Part shown: positions 1 to 10,327 of the stretch, piece by piece
Position numbering within the stretch: the first letter of the stretch is position 1
Layout of the letters: the number at the start of each line of letters is the position of its first letter
DNA from: Bacillota bacterium
GTDB taxonomy: Bacteria; Bacillota; Clostridia; Christensenellales; CAG-917
Assembly (NCBI GenBank): GCA_023665365.1
Contig: JAMPEA010000006.1
Coordinates: 5,336-69,335, forward strand
Length of the DNA: 64,000 nucleotides
Direction of reading: 5' to 3'
Translations under genes and position numbers: made by a program
The notes under the pieces: model-generated
Databases searched by the model: none
The model's input: the letters and a program-made list of their open reading frames with translations, nothing else
Told to the model about the DNA's origin: nothing

Positions 1-18
1 ATAATGCGCGAGTTTCAT
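1..18 (-). CDS. csn2: Probable 5' end of csn2 (type II-A accessory protein), runs off the window
   Basis: ATG (16-18) overlaps the cas2 TGA (ATGA coupling) and reads MKLAHY. The position after cas9-cas1-cas2 is where csn2 lies in type II-A loci. Only 6 codons are visible. Confidence 0.55.
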
Positions 19-335
19 AGGACCACCAGTCTGCTATCGGAGTTTAAAATGTCGCCGTCATATTGCCCTACGATAAACTCCATTCGAGCGAATTGTTTTT
101 CTGTAACCGTCAAAACTTGTACTAATCCCTTGACAGGTTTATTTTTGCGAATAGCCGCTATCGTACTTCCTACCGCAGTCGCATTTAAAGACAGGTGACA
201 ATAAACAGATTTTTGCATCATAGCAAACCCGTTCTTGATTAAGAACTTATGGAATTTCGTATACTCTCGAACTTCCGAGCTTGTCTCGGTAGGCAAATCG
301 AAAAATAGTATTGTACGCATAAATCTATAACTCAT
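15..335 (-). CDS. cas2: CRISPR-associated endoribonuclease Cas2
   Basis: MSYRFMRTILFFDLP and GFAMMQKSVY are type II Cas2 signatures; follows cas1. Confidence 0.97.
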   Translation of the reverse strand: MSYRFMRTILFFDLPTETSSEVREYTKFHKFLIKNGFAMMQKSVYCHLSLNATAVGSTIAAIRKNKPVKGLVQVLTVTEKQFARMEFIVGQYDGDILNSDSRLVVL

Positions 336-1200
336 ATTTAGGAAAAGTCAACTTGGACACATCGTTTTCAGCCAATGCCTCAAAAACACTGTGAATAAAA
401 ATACTTATTGCATTTATAAGATGATGCTCCTTATCTTTTATTTTTACCGTGCTATTTAAAACGTCCACCAGTTTCATTTTTTCTTCGTGCTCAAACTTTA
501 CTCCGTTAAGCGTCAAAACTTCCCTATCTACAAAGGGTCTGAACGGCTCTATCAAATCCGAGGACAGGTTGAAATGATTGAACACGTTATCGTGGAAAAT
601 ACCGAGTTGCGTCACGTAACCGCAAGCGACCACCTCGCGGTTAATCGCCGACAACAAAATCCCGTAACCATAATTTAATGCCGTATTGATAAGGTTATCT
701 TCGGAGCGAGAAAAATCCAAGCCGAATAGCGCATTAAAATATACCTTAGCGGCATGCGCCTCTCTATTCGTACTGTCATGCGGTTGTACTTCCTGCGCGT
801 ATGAATGTAACAACTCTATTTCTCTATCGTTACTCTCCTTTAAATTTGACATTTGCCCAAGAATTTTAGCTCGTACGATTTCCGCCCAAACAATTCCTTT
901 TATATCGCTTTGCCACCTTATCTGTTCACGCAACTTCCGCGACGTATCGTGAGCGCCGTATAGACTGCAAAGCTCGGCTGTCGGATTGTATTTCTCGTCG
1001 CAGAAAATAACTTTGATTTTCTTTCGCGAGAGTTCGGCAATCAGATATGCAGTCAGCGCAACGGCAGTAGTTTCTATTATAAGCACGGCTATCTCATCTA
1101 AATGAACTCTGGTGGTCTTTTCATCGGTGCGGACCACCATATAGTTCATCTTATAATCGAGCTTGGCTCTGCTGCTAATCACAACGATGCGAAAACCCAT
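325..1200 (-). CDS. cas1: Type II CRISPR-associated endonuclease Cas1
   Basis: 291 aa with NREAHAAKVYF, NTALNYGY, LGIFH and FNLSSDLIEPFRP Cas1 motifs. Confidence 0.97.
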   Translation of the reverse strand: MGFRIVVISSRAKLDYKMNYMVVRTDEKTTRVHLDEIAVLIIETTAVALTAYLIAELSRKKIKVIFCDEKYNPTAELCSLYGAHDTSRKLREQIRWQSDIKGIVWAEIVRAKILGQMSNLKESNDREIELLHSYAQEVQPHDSTNREAHAAKVYFNALFGLDFSRSEDNLINTALNYGYGILLSAINREVVACGYVTQLGIFHDNVFNHFNLSSDLIEPFRPFVDREVLTLNGVKFEHEEKMKLVDVLNSTVKIKDKEHHLINAISIFIHSVFEALAENDVSKLTFPKYEL

Positions 1201-1206
1201 AATGCG

Positions 1207-4200
1207 TCACTCAATAACGATTTTCTTTTCATATAACCCCGTTATGGATTGATAGATAATGCTTATTTTGCCACCAAACGTTTTGTTAAGGCGTATCAGC
1301 CCTACTTGATCGGTACTGCCACCGAATTCTTTGAGTTTGGCATAAATAGCTTTGCACTCAAACGCCTTAATCACTTCACTCAACATTTTACACTGCTCCG
1401 CTATACTAATCGAAACGAACCTTTCTCGGCAATTTATTAAATTCGTGTACACTTTGCCAAACGCTTTCGCATATACATTTGACTTGCACTTTTGTATAAA
1501 TAAGTCGTAAAGATTTATATTATCCTCGGAATTTACGTCGGACAACTCATATTCGCTTATTTCCTTTTTACGTTCTCTGTATATTTCTGCAATTTTCAAA
1601 ACTTTACGCAAATACTTAGTCGTTTCGTAATTGAAAAGCAACTGATTGGCGATTACAAATATAATTTGATTGCCCGTTCTTCCCGATATAAGCAGCCGTG
1701 CGCCGTCGATTTCAAACAGAGTTTTATAGAGTATCTTATTTACTCTTATCTTTGCGATCTCACCATCTTTTGCCCAATATGTTTGAGCGTACGCAAGCGG
1801 GTCCTTTTCATACTCTGTCTTTTGATAAATCAGTACGGCTTCGATAGCAATACGCTTTTCCACACCGCGCTTCGTTTGCTTTTGGTATTCGACAATCGCC
1901 CAATATGCGCCCTTTGCACTATTATAGCCGCCATAAATTGCTGTTTTCCTATCTTTTTTCAACGGAATCAGTTCGTCGTCTTTTTTGACAGGATTGAGAT
2001 TGAATAACTGTCCCTTTTCTTCAAGCGGCATTTGAGTATATAAAACGCTGTTTTTAGACATAGTTTTACGCACGACGTTTATAGTTTCGTCGTCTTTGGC
2101 GTTCCAAGCGCCTCTGACGTAGTATTTATACAGCGCTTCGGGTTTTAGCGAATATTCTTTGTCTTTGAGATGGCGCATAAAATCCGACGTGAACCGCGTA
2201 TCGAAATAATTGCCGACAACGATATTGAGATACGCGTCATGAGCGTGATGGAAATCATTTATGTCTCTGCACTTCAACATATCGAAATGTTGTCTGAATT
2301 CGCTTACGTTTGCGGCTTTGGAATATACTATCTTACTCCCGTTGCCGCTTTCTCCATATATGGTATTGAGAATTTCGGCAACCGCTTTTGTGGATTGCCC
2401 CGTTTCCACCAGCTGACGGTTGATAAATGCGGACAACTCGTCATCTGTGAGTTCAGACGACCTTGTAAGGCGTTCAAACTTGGTTTTAGATATGCAACCC
2501 GCATTCAGTAAAAATTTCCAATACGAGTACATATTGTTTCTAATACCGTCGCCGATAGGATATGTATTGGACTTCTCACGATTGAGTTCCGCCTTGACCA
2601 ATACGAGATTATCCAAACTATCGTCCTTTATTTTGGAACGCGGATAAATGTGATCCAAATCCCAACGGTTTTGGTCGTATAATTCGTTCAAGTCTATACT
2701 TTCGCCCGAATACATACACTTTCCGAATTGGCGATAGTATAAATACAGTTTTTTAGCGCGCAATTTATCATCGCTCATACTATCGACCGATGCTTGCAGT
2801 TTTTTGAATTCGTCCCCGTCGATAAATTTCAGAAGTTCTTTGCTTTGCTTCTTGCAATTTTGATACAAATCCAATAATTGCTGTTTGCGAGAAGTTGTGC
2901 GTTTATTCTTTTTACTTGGGTCGTTTTCTCGCGGAACTTCAACAAAAATTTTACGAGGTTTACTCTTCATCACGTCAACTATCTCGTCAACAATACGCAA
3001 TGCCTGCCATATAGAACGTCTTATTTTGGGCGAAACGTATAGCTCGTCAATCATTTTTAACGGATTTGAAGCTACGCCCGATTTTTTTAGCTTGTATTCG
3101 CGCGCCTTCTTGGCATACTCATAGTTGCCACTAAGCAACTGCATGAGATTGACGTTATGGTTGCGCATCATATCAATAATAGATACGAGTTCGCCCGTGC
3201 CGTCAATTCTGTCAACGTCATAGATTTCGGTCAAAAATCTTTTTGAAAGATTTCCCCAATTTTTGAATTTAAGTGACAGCACGTATTTAACGTCGTCCTC
3301 GCAAAGTTGCGGAACGTTCTCTTTTAGCCATGACCTTAAAATATTTTTCGCGTCGCCGAAAAGCACGACGTGCTCTATTATTGCCTCGACTGTCGCGGGC
3401 GATGTCTTTGCAAGTATGCGCTTCATCTTATGATATGACGATAGCGTGGCATTGAGGGTTTCATCAGTTCCGCTTATCTCGTCGCCTTTTTGCGCATATC
3501 CCTCTGAGATAAGCAAATCTTTAATATCTTTCAATCTAACCTTTCTATTCTTCTCAATGTACAGTCTTTGATATATAAGTTTTTTCGCGTCCACGTCAAT
3601 AGGGTTGCCGTTGAGTTTCAGATTGTTTATTTCATTGAGCACGGCAAATTCGCTATACAACAGCGAATCTCTCGCGATCACGTTGTCGCCAGTATAAGTA
3701 CAAAGCGACTTCATTCTTTCTATAAACTTTCTCGACGATTCTCGCTCGTCTATAATTGACGACCAATTCCACGGATATATCTTTTCATCTTCCATTCCTT
3801 TGTTGCGCACAGCCCAACCATACTGCGAATTTTTGCCGATAGGACCGACGTAATAAGGCAATTTGTAATCGAATATCGAAATGATTTTATTGACTACGCT
3901 AAGTCCGTTCTCATCTTTATCGTTTAAAAACGGCAAATAAGAGGAGGCGTTTTCGAGTATCTTTATAAGCTCCTTTTTGTGCATAGAGTTTGGAATACAA
4001 CCGTTTTCGCTCGTGCGCAACTTAGGCGCAAACGTCCCGTCCTCTATGTGTTGCCACATAACAAAATATTTTTCGTCCGCACCCTCTTTGATTTTGCCGA
4101 GCTTCTCCTTCAAAAACGCACAAAATTCTTCGCTTGTCGTTTTTCCTGTCTTTTCGTCTCCCTTTTTATAGCGGGAATATGCGGCATAATTTTTCAAGCC

Positions 4201-5319
4201 GACCTCTTTTTCCTTGCCGTTCTTGTCTGCTACTTTGACAGCCTTGTATACGAATATCTCTTTGTACAACTCTGCGTCGCATAAAACGTTTCTTACGTAT
4301 TCTTTCAACAGCCTTATATCGTCAGCGTGTTGCTTATATTGCGAAACCTTATATTCGCATAAATAGTCATTTCCCTTTAATATCCTTTCGCAAACTGCTT
4401 TGTCATAGACCGCCTTACCTTTCAAAAGCACTTCGCTTATATCTTCATATTTGTCTAAGCACTCCTGAATTTTATCCTCTGCGTCAGTTACACAAAAGCT
4501 ATCCTTTTCACACTCGCCGAATACGTATATATCTTTGATATTTACGGTCATTCCGACTATCAGCTTTATAAGTGCAGTTATCAAATTCTTTTGAACTGTC
4601 TTGTCCAATTCGCTCTCGCCGTTCGACTTAAAAAGAGATTTCAACCTTTCGGACTTTTCCTTTTTGCCGAGTTTATCATCGCACAGAATTTCTTTTACGC
4701 TATCTATATCTGATATTTCAATAGCCAAACCCAAATCGGATTCTACCGTTTCTTTAAATTGCGTCAACACCTGTTCAAACGTCTGCTCTTCTCCGTCATC
4801 GTCAAGCGAGTACAAAAAATGTCCTCTGCTTTTGATGATATGATACAACGCAAGATACACAAGACGAATGTCATGCGGGCTTGGATTATGTATGAGTTCT
4901 TTTCGCAAATGATAAGCGGTTTTAGTGATTTCGTCCGTGAAATAATTTTTATCCGTATAATTGCTGTCCGCAAAAAGGATAAACTTTGTATCCATATTCT
5001 TGTCAGAACCTATCAACGCGCTGTTTTTCATACGCATAAAAAAGTTCTTATCTATTTTACATATTTCCTCGTCGAAAAGTTCGCGCAAAAGTTGCAATCT
5101 CCACTTTTGCCTTGCCAAACGCCGCCTATTAGTCCTGTTTAATCTTCGAGCTTGCTTCGTCTCTGCCTCGTCAAACAGACGTACGCCCCACATATCCTTA
5201 CCCTTAGCTCGTAAAAGATTGTAGTTCATGTCGCTTACTGCCCATCCCACAGATTCCGTGCCCAAGTCCAGCCCGATATAATAATCCGACATTACGTTAT
5301 TGTTTCCGTTCTTTTTCAT
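1207..5319 (-). CDS. cas9: Type II-A Cas9, ~1370 aa, catalytic motifs intact
   Basis: RuvC-I YIGLDLGTESVGWA, Arg-rich bridge helix, RuvC-II IFVEVPRE, HNH DLDHIYPRS...DNLVLV...N, RuvC-III HHAHDAYL. Start moved from the ORF-track 5385 to ATG 5319, which has a GAGG RBS upstream. Confidence 0.97.
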   Translation of the reverse strand: MKKNGNNNVMSDYYIGLDLGTESVGWAVSDMNYNLLRAKGKDMWGVRLFDEAETKQARRLNRTNRRRLARQKWRLQLLRELFDEEICKIDKNFFMRMKNSALIGSDKNMDTKFILFADSNYTDKNYFTDEITKTAYHLRKELIHNPSPHDIRLVYLALYHIIKSRGHFLYSLDDDGEEQTFEQVLTQFKETVESDLGLAIEISDIDSVKEILCDDKLGKKEKSERLKSLFKSNGESELDKTVQKNLITALIKLIVGMTVNIKDIYVFGECEKDSFCVTDAEDKIQECLDKYEDISEVLLKGKAVYDKAVCERILKGNDYLCEYKVSQYKQHADDIRLLKEYVRNVLCDAELYKEIFVYKAVKVADKNGKEKEVGLKNYAAYSRYKKGDEKTGKTTSEEFCAFLKEKLGKIKEGADEKYFVMWQHIEDGTFAPKLRTSENGCIPNSMHKKELIKILENASSYLPFLNDKDENGLSVVNKIISIFDYKLPYYVGPIGKNSQYGWAVRNKGMEDEKIYPWNWSSIIDERESSRKFIERMKSLCTYTGDNVIARDSLLYSEFAVLNEINNLKLNGNPIDVDAKKLIYQRLYIEKNRKVRLKDIKDLLISEGYAQKGDEISGTDETLNATLSSYHKMKRILAKTSPATVEAIIEHVVLFGDAKNILRSWLKENVPQLCEDDVKYVLSLKFKNWGNLSKRFLTEIYDVDRIDGTGELVSIIDMMRNHNVNLMQLLSGNYEYAKKAREYKLKKSGVASNPLKMIDELYVSPKIRRSIWQALRIVDEIVDVMKSKPRKIFVEVPRENDPSKKNKRTTSRKQQLLDLYQNCKKQSKELLKFIDGDEFKKLQASVDSMSDDKLRAKKLYLYYRQFGKCMYSGESIDLNELYDQNRWDLDHIYPRSKIKDDSLDNLVLVKAELNREKSNTYPIGDGIRNNMYSYWKFLLNAGCISKTKFERLTRSSELTDDELSAFINRQLVETGQSTKAVAEILNTIYGESGNGSKIVYSKAANVSEFRQHFDMLKCRDINDFHHAHDAYLNIVVGNYFDTRFTSDFMRHLKDKEYSLKPEALYKYYVRGAWNAKDDETINVVRKTMSKNSVLYTQMPLEEKGQLFNLNPVKKDDELIPLKKDRKTAIYGGYNSAKGAYWAIVEYQKQTKRGVEKRIAIEAVLIYQKTEYEKDPLAYAQTYWAKDGEIAKIRVNKILYKTLFEIDGARLLISGRTGNQIIFVIANQLLFNYETTKYLRKVLKIAEIYRERKKEISEYELSDVNSEDNINLYDLFIQKCKSNVYAKAFGKVYTNLINCRERFVSISIAEQCKMLSEVIKAFECKAIYAKLKEFGGSTDQVGLIRLNKTFGGKISIIYQSITGLYEKKIVIE

Positions 5320-5368
5320 AATTTGACCTCTGCCTTTTGTATTTTGTTTTTCTATTGAAAAATTTTTG

Positions 5369-5397
5369 TTGACATATTTTCGCAAATGTGTTTCAAT
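5369..5397 (+). promoter_or_regulatory. Sigma-A-type promoter of the tracrRNA
   Basis: TTGACA (5369-5374), 17 bp spacer, TTCAAT (5392-5397) preceded by TG, directly before the anti-repeat. Confidence 0.65.
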
Positions 5398-5402
5398 ATA
5401 CT

Positions 5403-5516
5403 CATCTCAGTTCCTTATGAGACTACATTACAAGTTCAAATAAGCATTATGCGAACTCGTCGTTTAACGAACCACATTGTGTGGATTATCCGCTGATAAC
5501 TCGGCGGATATTTTAT
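5403..5516 (+). ncRNA. tracrRNA, divergent from cas9
   Basis: Anti-repeat-like CTCAGTTCCTTATGAGACTACATTA, then CAAGTTCAAATAA (type II-A bulge/lower stem), nexus hairpin GCATTATGC, short hairpins, and terminator TATCCGCTGA-TAAC-TCGGCGGATA-TTTT. Confidence 0.85.
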
Positions 5517-5610
5517 ATTATTTAAATATTATCATATATGGCGTACCGTTTTCGGTACATCATTTGTGATATATGGAGGCACCTAAATCAGCATCTAAAC
5601 GTCTCTATAA

Positions 5611-5640
5611 ATATAGTACATTTAATTCTAAATTAGTCAA
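5611..5640 (-). promoter_or_regulatory. Candidate cas9 operon promoter
   Basis: Minus strand TTGACT, 16 bp, TACTAT. A transcript from here would run antisense through the tracrRNA. Confidence 0.4.
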
Positions 5641-5963
5641 TGCCAAATTGAAAACTTTTCACAGTTTTTCCATAAAATATAACTCAATCGAGAAATCAAA
5701 TTATTATCTTCGCTTATCATTATAATAAAACTGCTTGACACAAAACAAGTTAAACACAAACTGCACTTTTTATTATTTGAAATGAAAGAGAAACTCGGCG
5801 CACTCAAAAGCATGTACGAGTGCGATAATCCGCTAAAACTCGCAATTTAGACGCGATACGCAAAAACTAAAAAGTAGCCAAAACTCGTGATTTAGATGAG
5901 AGGCGCGAAAGTGACGCTTGAATGACAAGCCTAACGTACAAAACGTACGTGACGAATAAAAAA

Positions 5964-6038
5964 TTTCGGGGTCCCCATAAAATGCCCCAAGGGGTCCCCA
6001 TAAAATGTCCCTATTTTATGGGGTAATTTTTGTGGGGG
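5964..6038 (+). repeat. Family B REP-like hairpin (TTCGGGGTCCCC...GGGGT), one copy nested in another
   Basis: GGGGTCCCCATAAAATG at 5968 and 5991. Related copies at 15486, 27011, 27326, 61692(-), 61914(-), 63200 and 63676. Confidence 0.8.
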
Positions 6039-6040
6039 CA

Positions 6041-6186
6041 AAACACCAAGCAAAAGATTTTTGGGTAATATTTTGAAAAATCTTAGCAAAAATGTTTTGC
6101 GCGGTAGTAACGAAAAAATTTTACTGAAAGGAAAGCACTCACATTTTATATGTGGGAGCTTTCAAAACAGTACATATTTTTTCGTT
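6041..6186 (+). repeat. Family G repeat plus long variable hairpin
   Basis: AACACCAAGCAAAAGATTTTTG...AAAATGTTTTGCGCGGTAG recurs at 63711-63775; followed by a hairpin at 6109-6186. Confidence 0.75.
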
Positions 6187-6206
6187 TGACAAAGCATATC
6201 GCTAAA

Positions 6207-6836
6207 TCAAGAGTTTTGGAGCATGGATTTGACTTTCATCAGGCGCGTAGTAGCCCCGCGCTCGTTCTCGTCCAATTTCATCGTGATATACTTTATAGTC
6301 TCTTCAAGCTGAGGTATCATGACGTATTCGAGGGCGTTGACGCGACGGCGATTGCGCTCGATTTCGTCGGCGAGCATATTGCAGGTTTTTTCCACTTCGG
6401 CGAGCTTTAAGAGTTTTGGCAGCAGAGTGGACAGCGACGCGACAGCGCTGTCGAGCTCGCTCGTGACCGACGCAAAGGAATAGGGATAAAGCTCCTGCGT
6501 GCCATTGTTGATGATTTCAAATACGGGGACTTCGACGCTCATCACGTTTTGCGAGGATACGTTGAGTTCCACCTTAGTGCCGGGCAAGGCAATCGCTTCC
6601 TCGATAACCGCGTCTGACGACACTGCGCGCGCAAGCATAAAGGATTTGAGGGATTCTTGAAGTTCGCCCTCGACCTCCTCTCTGAGGCGCTTGTTTTCGC
6701 GCACGTAAAGCATAAATCTGCGAATCATCTCGTCGGATTTATCTTTTAGCAATTTATGTCCGCGAGTGGCGGTTTTGAGGCGCGTTTTGAGGCGTCTCAA
6801 CTCCATTCGCGTGGGATTGACGTTGAGTTTTGCCAT
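6207..6836 (-). CDS. ntpD: V/A-type ATPase subunit D
   Basis: [17 protein letters not shown] and RRRVNALE motifs. Confidence 0.97.
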   Translation of the reverse strand: MAKLNVNPTRMELRRLKTRLKTATRGHKLLKDKSDEMIRRFMLYVRENKRLREEVEGELQESLKSFMLARAVSSDAVIEEAIALPGTKVELNVSSQNVMSVEVPVFEIINNGTQELYPYSFASVTSELDSAVASLSTLLPKLLKLAEVEKTCNMLADEIERNRRRVNALEYVMIPQLEETIKYITMKLDENERGATTRLMKVKSMLQNS

Positions 6837-8221
6837 TACTCGTTCCTCGTTTTATTGTCGAGATACTTTTCGAGATACTCGTCTCTGATACGTTTCAGTT
6901 CGCTTCTCGGGAGCAGTCTAAGCAAGTCCCAGCCGAGGTTTAGGGTCTCCTTGATGGGACGATTTGTATTGAAGCCCTGCGAGATATACTGTTTTTCAAA
7001 CTCGTCGGCGAACTTTGCGAATTTTTTATCCGTTTCGGTGAGCGCGGAGTCGCCCAAGATAGAGCTAAGCTCCTTAGCCTCTTTGCCCTGCGCGTACGCG
7101 CTGAAAAGCTGGTTCATCGTATCGGCGTGGTCCTCTCTCGTCTTGCCCTTGCCGATGCCCTTGTCTTTTAGACGCGACAGCGACGGCATAACGTCGATAG
7201 GCGGAACTATGCCCTTTTTATACAACTCGCGCGAGATGATAATCTGCCCCTCGGTGATATATCCCGTGAGGTCGGGGATTGGGTGGGTCTTGTCGTCCTC
7301 GGGCATAGTGAGGATAGGGATTTGCGTAATCGAGCCTTTTTTGCCCACGATTCTGCCTGCGCGCTCGTACATACTGGCGAGGTCGGTGTACATATATCCA
7401 GGATAGCCGCGACGACCGGGGACTTCCTTACGCGCGGCGGACACCTCGCGCAGCGCCTCTGCGTAGTTGGTTATATCGGTGGTGATGACGAGCACGTGCA
7501 TATCCTTTTCAAACGCGAGATATTCCGCGGCGGTTAGCGCCATACGCGGAGTGGAAATACGCTCGACGGCGGGGTCGTTTGCGAGGTTGATAAACATGAC
7601 CGCGCGCTCGATTGCGCCCGTCTTTCTGAAATCGTTGATAAAGAAATCCGCTTCCTCAAACGTGATGCCGACAGCCGCGAACACGACCGCGAACTTTTCG
7701 TTTTTGCCGAGGACCTTTGCCTGTCTCGCAATCTGAGCGGCAAGCTCGGCGTGCGGCATACCCGACATAGAAAACACGGGGAGTTTCTGTCCGCGCACGA
7801 GCGTATTGAGCCCGTCTATCGCGCTGATGCCCGTTTGAATGAACTCGTCGGGATAGTCGCGCGCGACGGGATTGATGGGCTGACCGTTTATGTCCATCTT
7901 CTTTTCGGGGATAATGGGCGCGCCGCCGTCGCGCGGTCTGCCCATGCCGTCGAAAACCCTGCCGAGCATATCCTCGCTGACGCCGAGTTCGATGCAGTGT
8001 CCCAAAAATCTCGCCTTGGACGTGGACATTTTTATACCCTGCGACGGCTCGAACAGCTGAACGAGCGCTTTGTCCTTGTTGATTTCGAGCACTTTGCCGC
8101 TGCGGATTTCGCCGTTTTCCTGACGGATTTCGACGAGTTCGTTATACTTAACGCCCTCTACGCCCTCGACGAGCATAAGCGGTCCGACAATTTCTCTAAT
8201 GGTGTTGTATTCTTTAAGCAT
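6836..8221 (-). CDS. ntpB: V/A-type ATPase subunit B
   Basis: [27 protein letters not shown] and [16 protein letters not shown] motifs. Confidence 0.98.
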   Translation of the reverse strand: MLKEYNTIREIVGPLMLVEGVEGVKYNELVEIRQENGEIRSGKVLEINKDKALVQLFEPSQGIKMSTSKARFLGHCIELGVSEDMLGRVFDGMGRPRDGGAPIIPEKKMDINGQPINPVARDYPDEFIQTGISAIDGLNTLVRGQKLPVFSMSGMPHAELAAQIARQAKVLGKNEKFAVVFAAVGITFEEADFFINDFRKTGAIERAVMFINLANDPAVERISTPRMALTAAEYLAFEKDMHVLVITTDITNYAEALREVSAARKEVPGRRGYPGYMYTDLASMYERAGRIVGKKGSITQIPILTMPEDDKTHPIPDLTGYITEGQIIISRELYKKGIVPPIDVMPSLSRLKDKGIGKGKTREDHADTMNQLFSAYAQGKEAKELSSILGDSALTETDKKFAKFADEFEKQYISQGFNTNRPIKETLNLGWDLLRLLPRSELKRIRDEYLEKYLDNKTRNE

Positions 8222-9987
8222 CAGAATTCCTCCCTATCGCCGACTAACTCGGACATCTCTTTTTTGATTTCGCCGAGGATTTCGTCGAATTTGGATATTT
8301 CCGCCTCCGGGATATACTTCGCCCTGCCGATTTGTTCTCTGACGGGCAATTCGAGAATGTCCTCGATGTCCACGTTTTCGTCGAGGGCTTCGCTTGCGAG
8401 GCGGTCGAATTCGAGTATCAAGCGCATCATAAGCTGCTGCTTTTGAAGCGAAGTGTACGTATCCACCTCGTGGAACGCGTTTTGGTGCAAGTAGTCCTCT
8501 CTTATGGACTTTGCGGTTTCCATAGTAAGTCTGTTTGCGGGAGACAGCGCGTCCATGCCGACGAGTCGCACGATTTCGTCGAGCTGAGCCTCCTCCTGCA
8601 AGATGCGCATACACGCGGCGCGTAAAGACATCCACTCGTCGCCGACGTGTTCGCCGTACCAATCGCCGAGCCTGTCCGCGTAGAGCGAATAGCTTTGTAT
8701 CCAGTCCACCGCAGGGAAGTGACGCTTGTAGGCGAGCGATGCGCTAAGCCCCCAGAACACCTTGACAATCCTCAAAGTGGCTTGCGCGACGGGTTCGGAC
8801 AAGTCGCCGCCGGGAGGCGACACCGCGCCGATAGCCGTGATAGAGCCGGTCACGTCCTCGCTTCCGAGCACCTTGACCATGCCTGCGCGCTCGTAAAACT
8901 CGGCAAGACGGGAGCTGAGGTATGCCGGATAGCCTTCCTCGCCGGGCATCTCTTCGAGACGACCCGACATCTCGCGGAGCGCTTCCGCCCAGCGCGAGGT
9001 GGAGTCCGCCATAATTGCGACCGAGTAGCCCATATCTCTGAAATATTCCGCAATGGTTATGCCCGTATAGATGGAAGCCTCGCGCGCCGCGACGGGCATA
9101 TCCGAAGTGTTTGCGATAAGCACCGTGCGCTTCATAAGCGGCTGACCGCTACGCGGGTCGATAAGCGCGGGGAACTCGTTTAAAACGTCCGTCATCTCGT
9201 TGCCGCGCTCGCCGCAGCCCACGTACACGATAATATCCGCGTCCGCCCATTTTGCGAGCTGATGCTGTACGACGGTCTTTCCGCTTCCGAAAGGTCCCGG
9301 GACTGCCGCAACGCCGCCCTTTGCTATTGGGAACAGCGTATCTATAACCCTCTGCCCCGTGACAAGCGGGGTGAGCGGCGATAATTTTTCTTTATAAGGT
9401 CTGCCCTTGCGCACGGGCCACTTTTGGAGCATCGTGACGTTTTTATCGCCCGCTTCGGTTTCGACGACGGCGACGGTATCGTCAACGGTGAACTCGCCCT
9501 CTTTGATTTCCTTGATAATGCCGCTTACGCCGTAGGGAACCATAATCTTGTGCGTGATGAGCACGTTCTCCTGCACGGTGCCGACCACCGAGCCGCACTC
9601 CACTCTGTCGCCGACGGCAACCGCGGGCTTAAACGCCCACAGCTTTTCGTGGTCCACCGCGGGGAGATAAACTCCGCGTTCTATTCTGTCGCCCGCCATC
9701 TCTTTGAGCTTTGCAAGCGGACGCTGTATTCCGTCGTAAATGCCCTCGATGAGTCCCGGAGCAAGCTCGACAGAAAGCGGTTCGCCCGTGGAAACCACGT
9801 CCTCGTCCGGACCTAAGCCGCTCGTCTCCTCGTACACTTGAATGGAGGCTTTGTCGCCTCTGAGCTCGATAATCTCGCCGATGAGCTTTTTGTCGCTCAC
9901 CTGCACGACGTCGAACATCTTGCACTCCGCCATACCCTCCGCGATGATGAGCGGACCTGATACTTTTACGATTTTTCCTGTTTTCAT
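8221..9987 (-). CDS. ntpA: V/A-type ATPase catalytic subunit A
   Basis: P-loop [25 protein letters not shown] and EEGYPAYL motifs. Confidence 0.98.
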   Translation of the reverse strand: MKTGKIVKVSGPLIIAEGMAECKMFDVVQVSDKKLIGEIIELRGDKASIQVYEETSGLGPDEDVVSTGEPLSVELAPGLIEGIYDGIQRPLAKLKEMAGDRIERGVYLPAVDHEKLWAFKPAVAVGDRVECGSVVGTVQENVLITHKIMVPYGVSGIIKEIKEGEFTVDDTVAVVETEAGDKNVTMLQKWPVRKGRPYKEKLSPLTPLVTGQRVIDTLFPIAKGGVAAVPGPFGSGKTVVQHQLAKWADADIIVYVGCGERGNEMTDVLNEFPALIDPRSGQPLMKRTVLIANTSDMPVAAREASIYTGITIAEYFRDMGYSVAIMADSTSRWAEALREMSGRLEEMPGEEGYPAYLSSRLAEFYERAGMVKVLGSEDVTGSITAIGAVSPPGGDLSEPVAQATLRIVKVFWGLSASLAYKRHFPAVDWIQSYSLYADRLGDWYGEHVGDEWMSLRAACMRILQEEAQLDEIVRLVGMDALSPANRLTMETAKSIREDYLHQNAFHEVDTYTSLQKQQLMMRLILEFDRLASEALDENVDIEDILELPVREQIGRAKYIPEAEISKFDEILGEIKKEMSELVGDREEF

Positions 9988-9988
9988 A

Positions 9989-10327
9989 TTAGTCCTCTTT
10001 GTTGTCTGCGAGCACGTTTGTCCCGATAGCCTTTTCGACGTTTGCGTCGATGCCTTTAAGTCCGAGGTTCAAGCTGCCCTCTGCCGACGGTATCGGCACT
10101 ATGACCGGATAAGCGCGCGCCTTATATCTCTTTATATACATTTCCGCTTGAAGCGCGACTTTTTCCGTCACGAAAATGACAGAGTAATTGCGCGCCAAAC
10201 TATGCACGGTTTCCCTTGCTTGAATTTCCCCCTCGACGGGGAACACGTCAACCCCAATCGCCTTGAACGCCAACACGGAGTCCTTATCGCCTACAACCGC
10301 AATCGCACCCTCACGCATATAACTCAC
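9989..10327 (-). CDS. ntpG: V/A-type ATPase subunit F (E. hirae NtpG); start may be 10318
   Basis: [17 protein letters not shown] ... VEKAIG; lies between subunits C and A. Confidence 0.93.
   Translation of the reverse strand: MSYMREGAIAVVGDKDSVLAFKAIGVDVFPVEGEIQARETVHSLARNYSVIFVTEKVALQAEMYIKRYKARAYPVIVPIPSAEGSLNLGLKGIDANVEKAIGTNVLADNKED

Larger units (their letters stand above)
5834..6219. repeat. Family A hairpin element (interrupted copy A1) with nested family B and G repeats and one upstream truncated arm
   Basis: Outer arms CCAAAACTCGTGATTTAG (5878-5895) and CTAAATCAAGAGTTTTGG (6202-6219, includes the ntpD stop); GCGAAA, GCCTAACGTAC-loop-GTACGTGAC and TGACAAAGC motifs; remnant arm at 5834-5868. 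Confidence 0.8.

Noticed and set aside
5320-5385. N-terminal extension of Cas9 in the ORF track
   Set aside because: It starts at a TTG inside the tracrRNA promoter; ATG 5319 has an RBS and gives a normal RuvC-I position.
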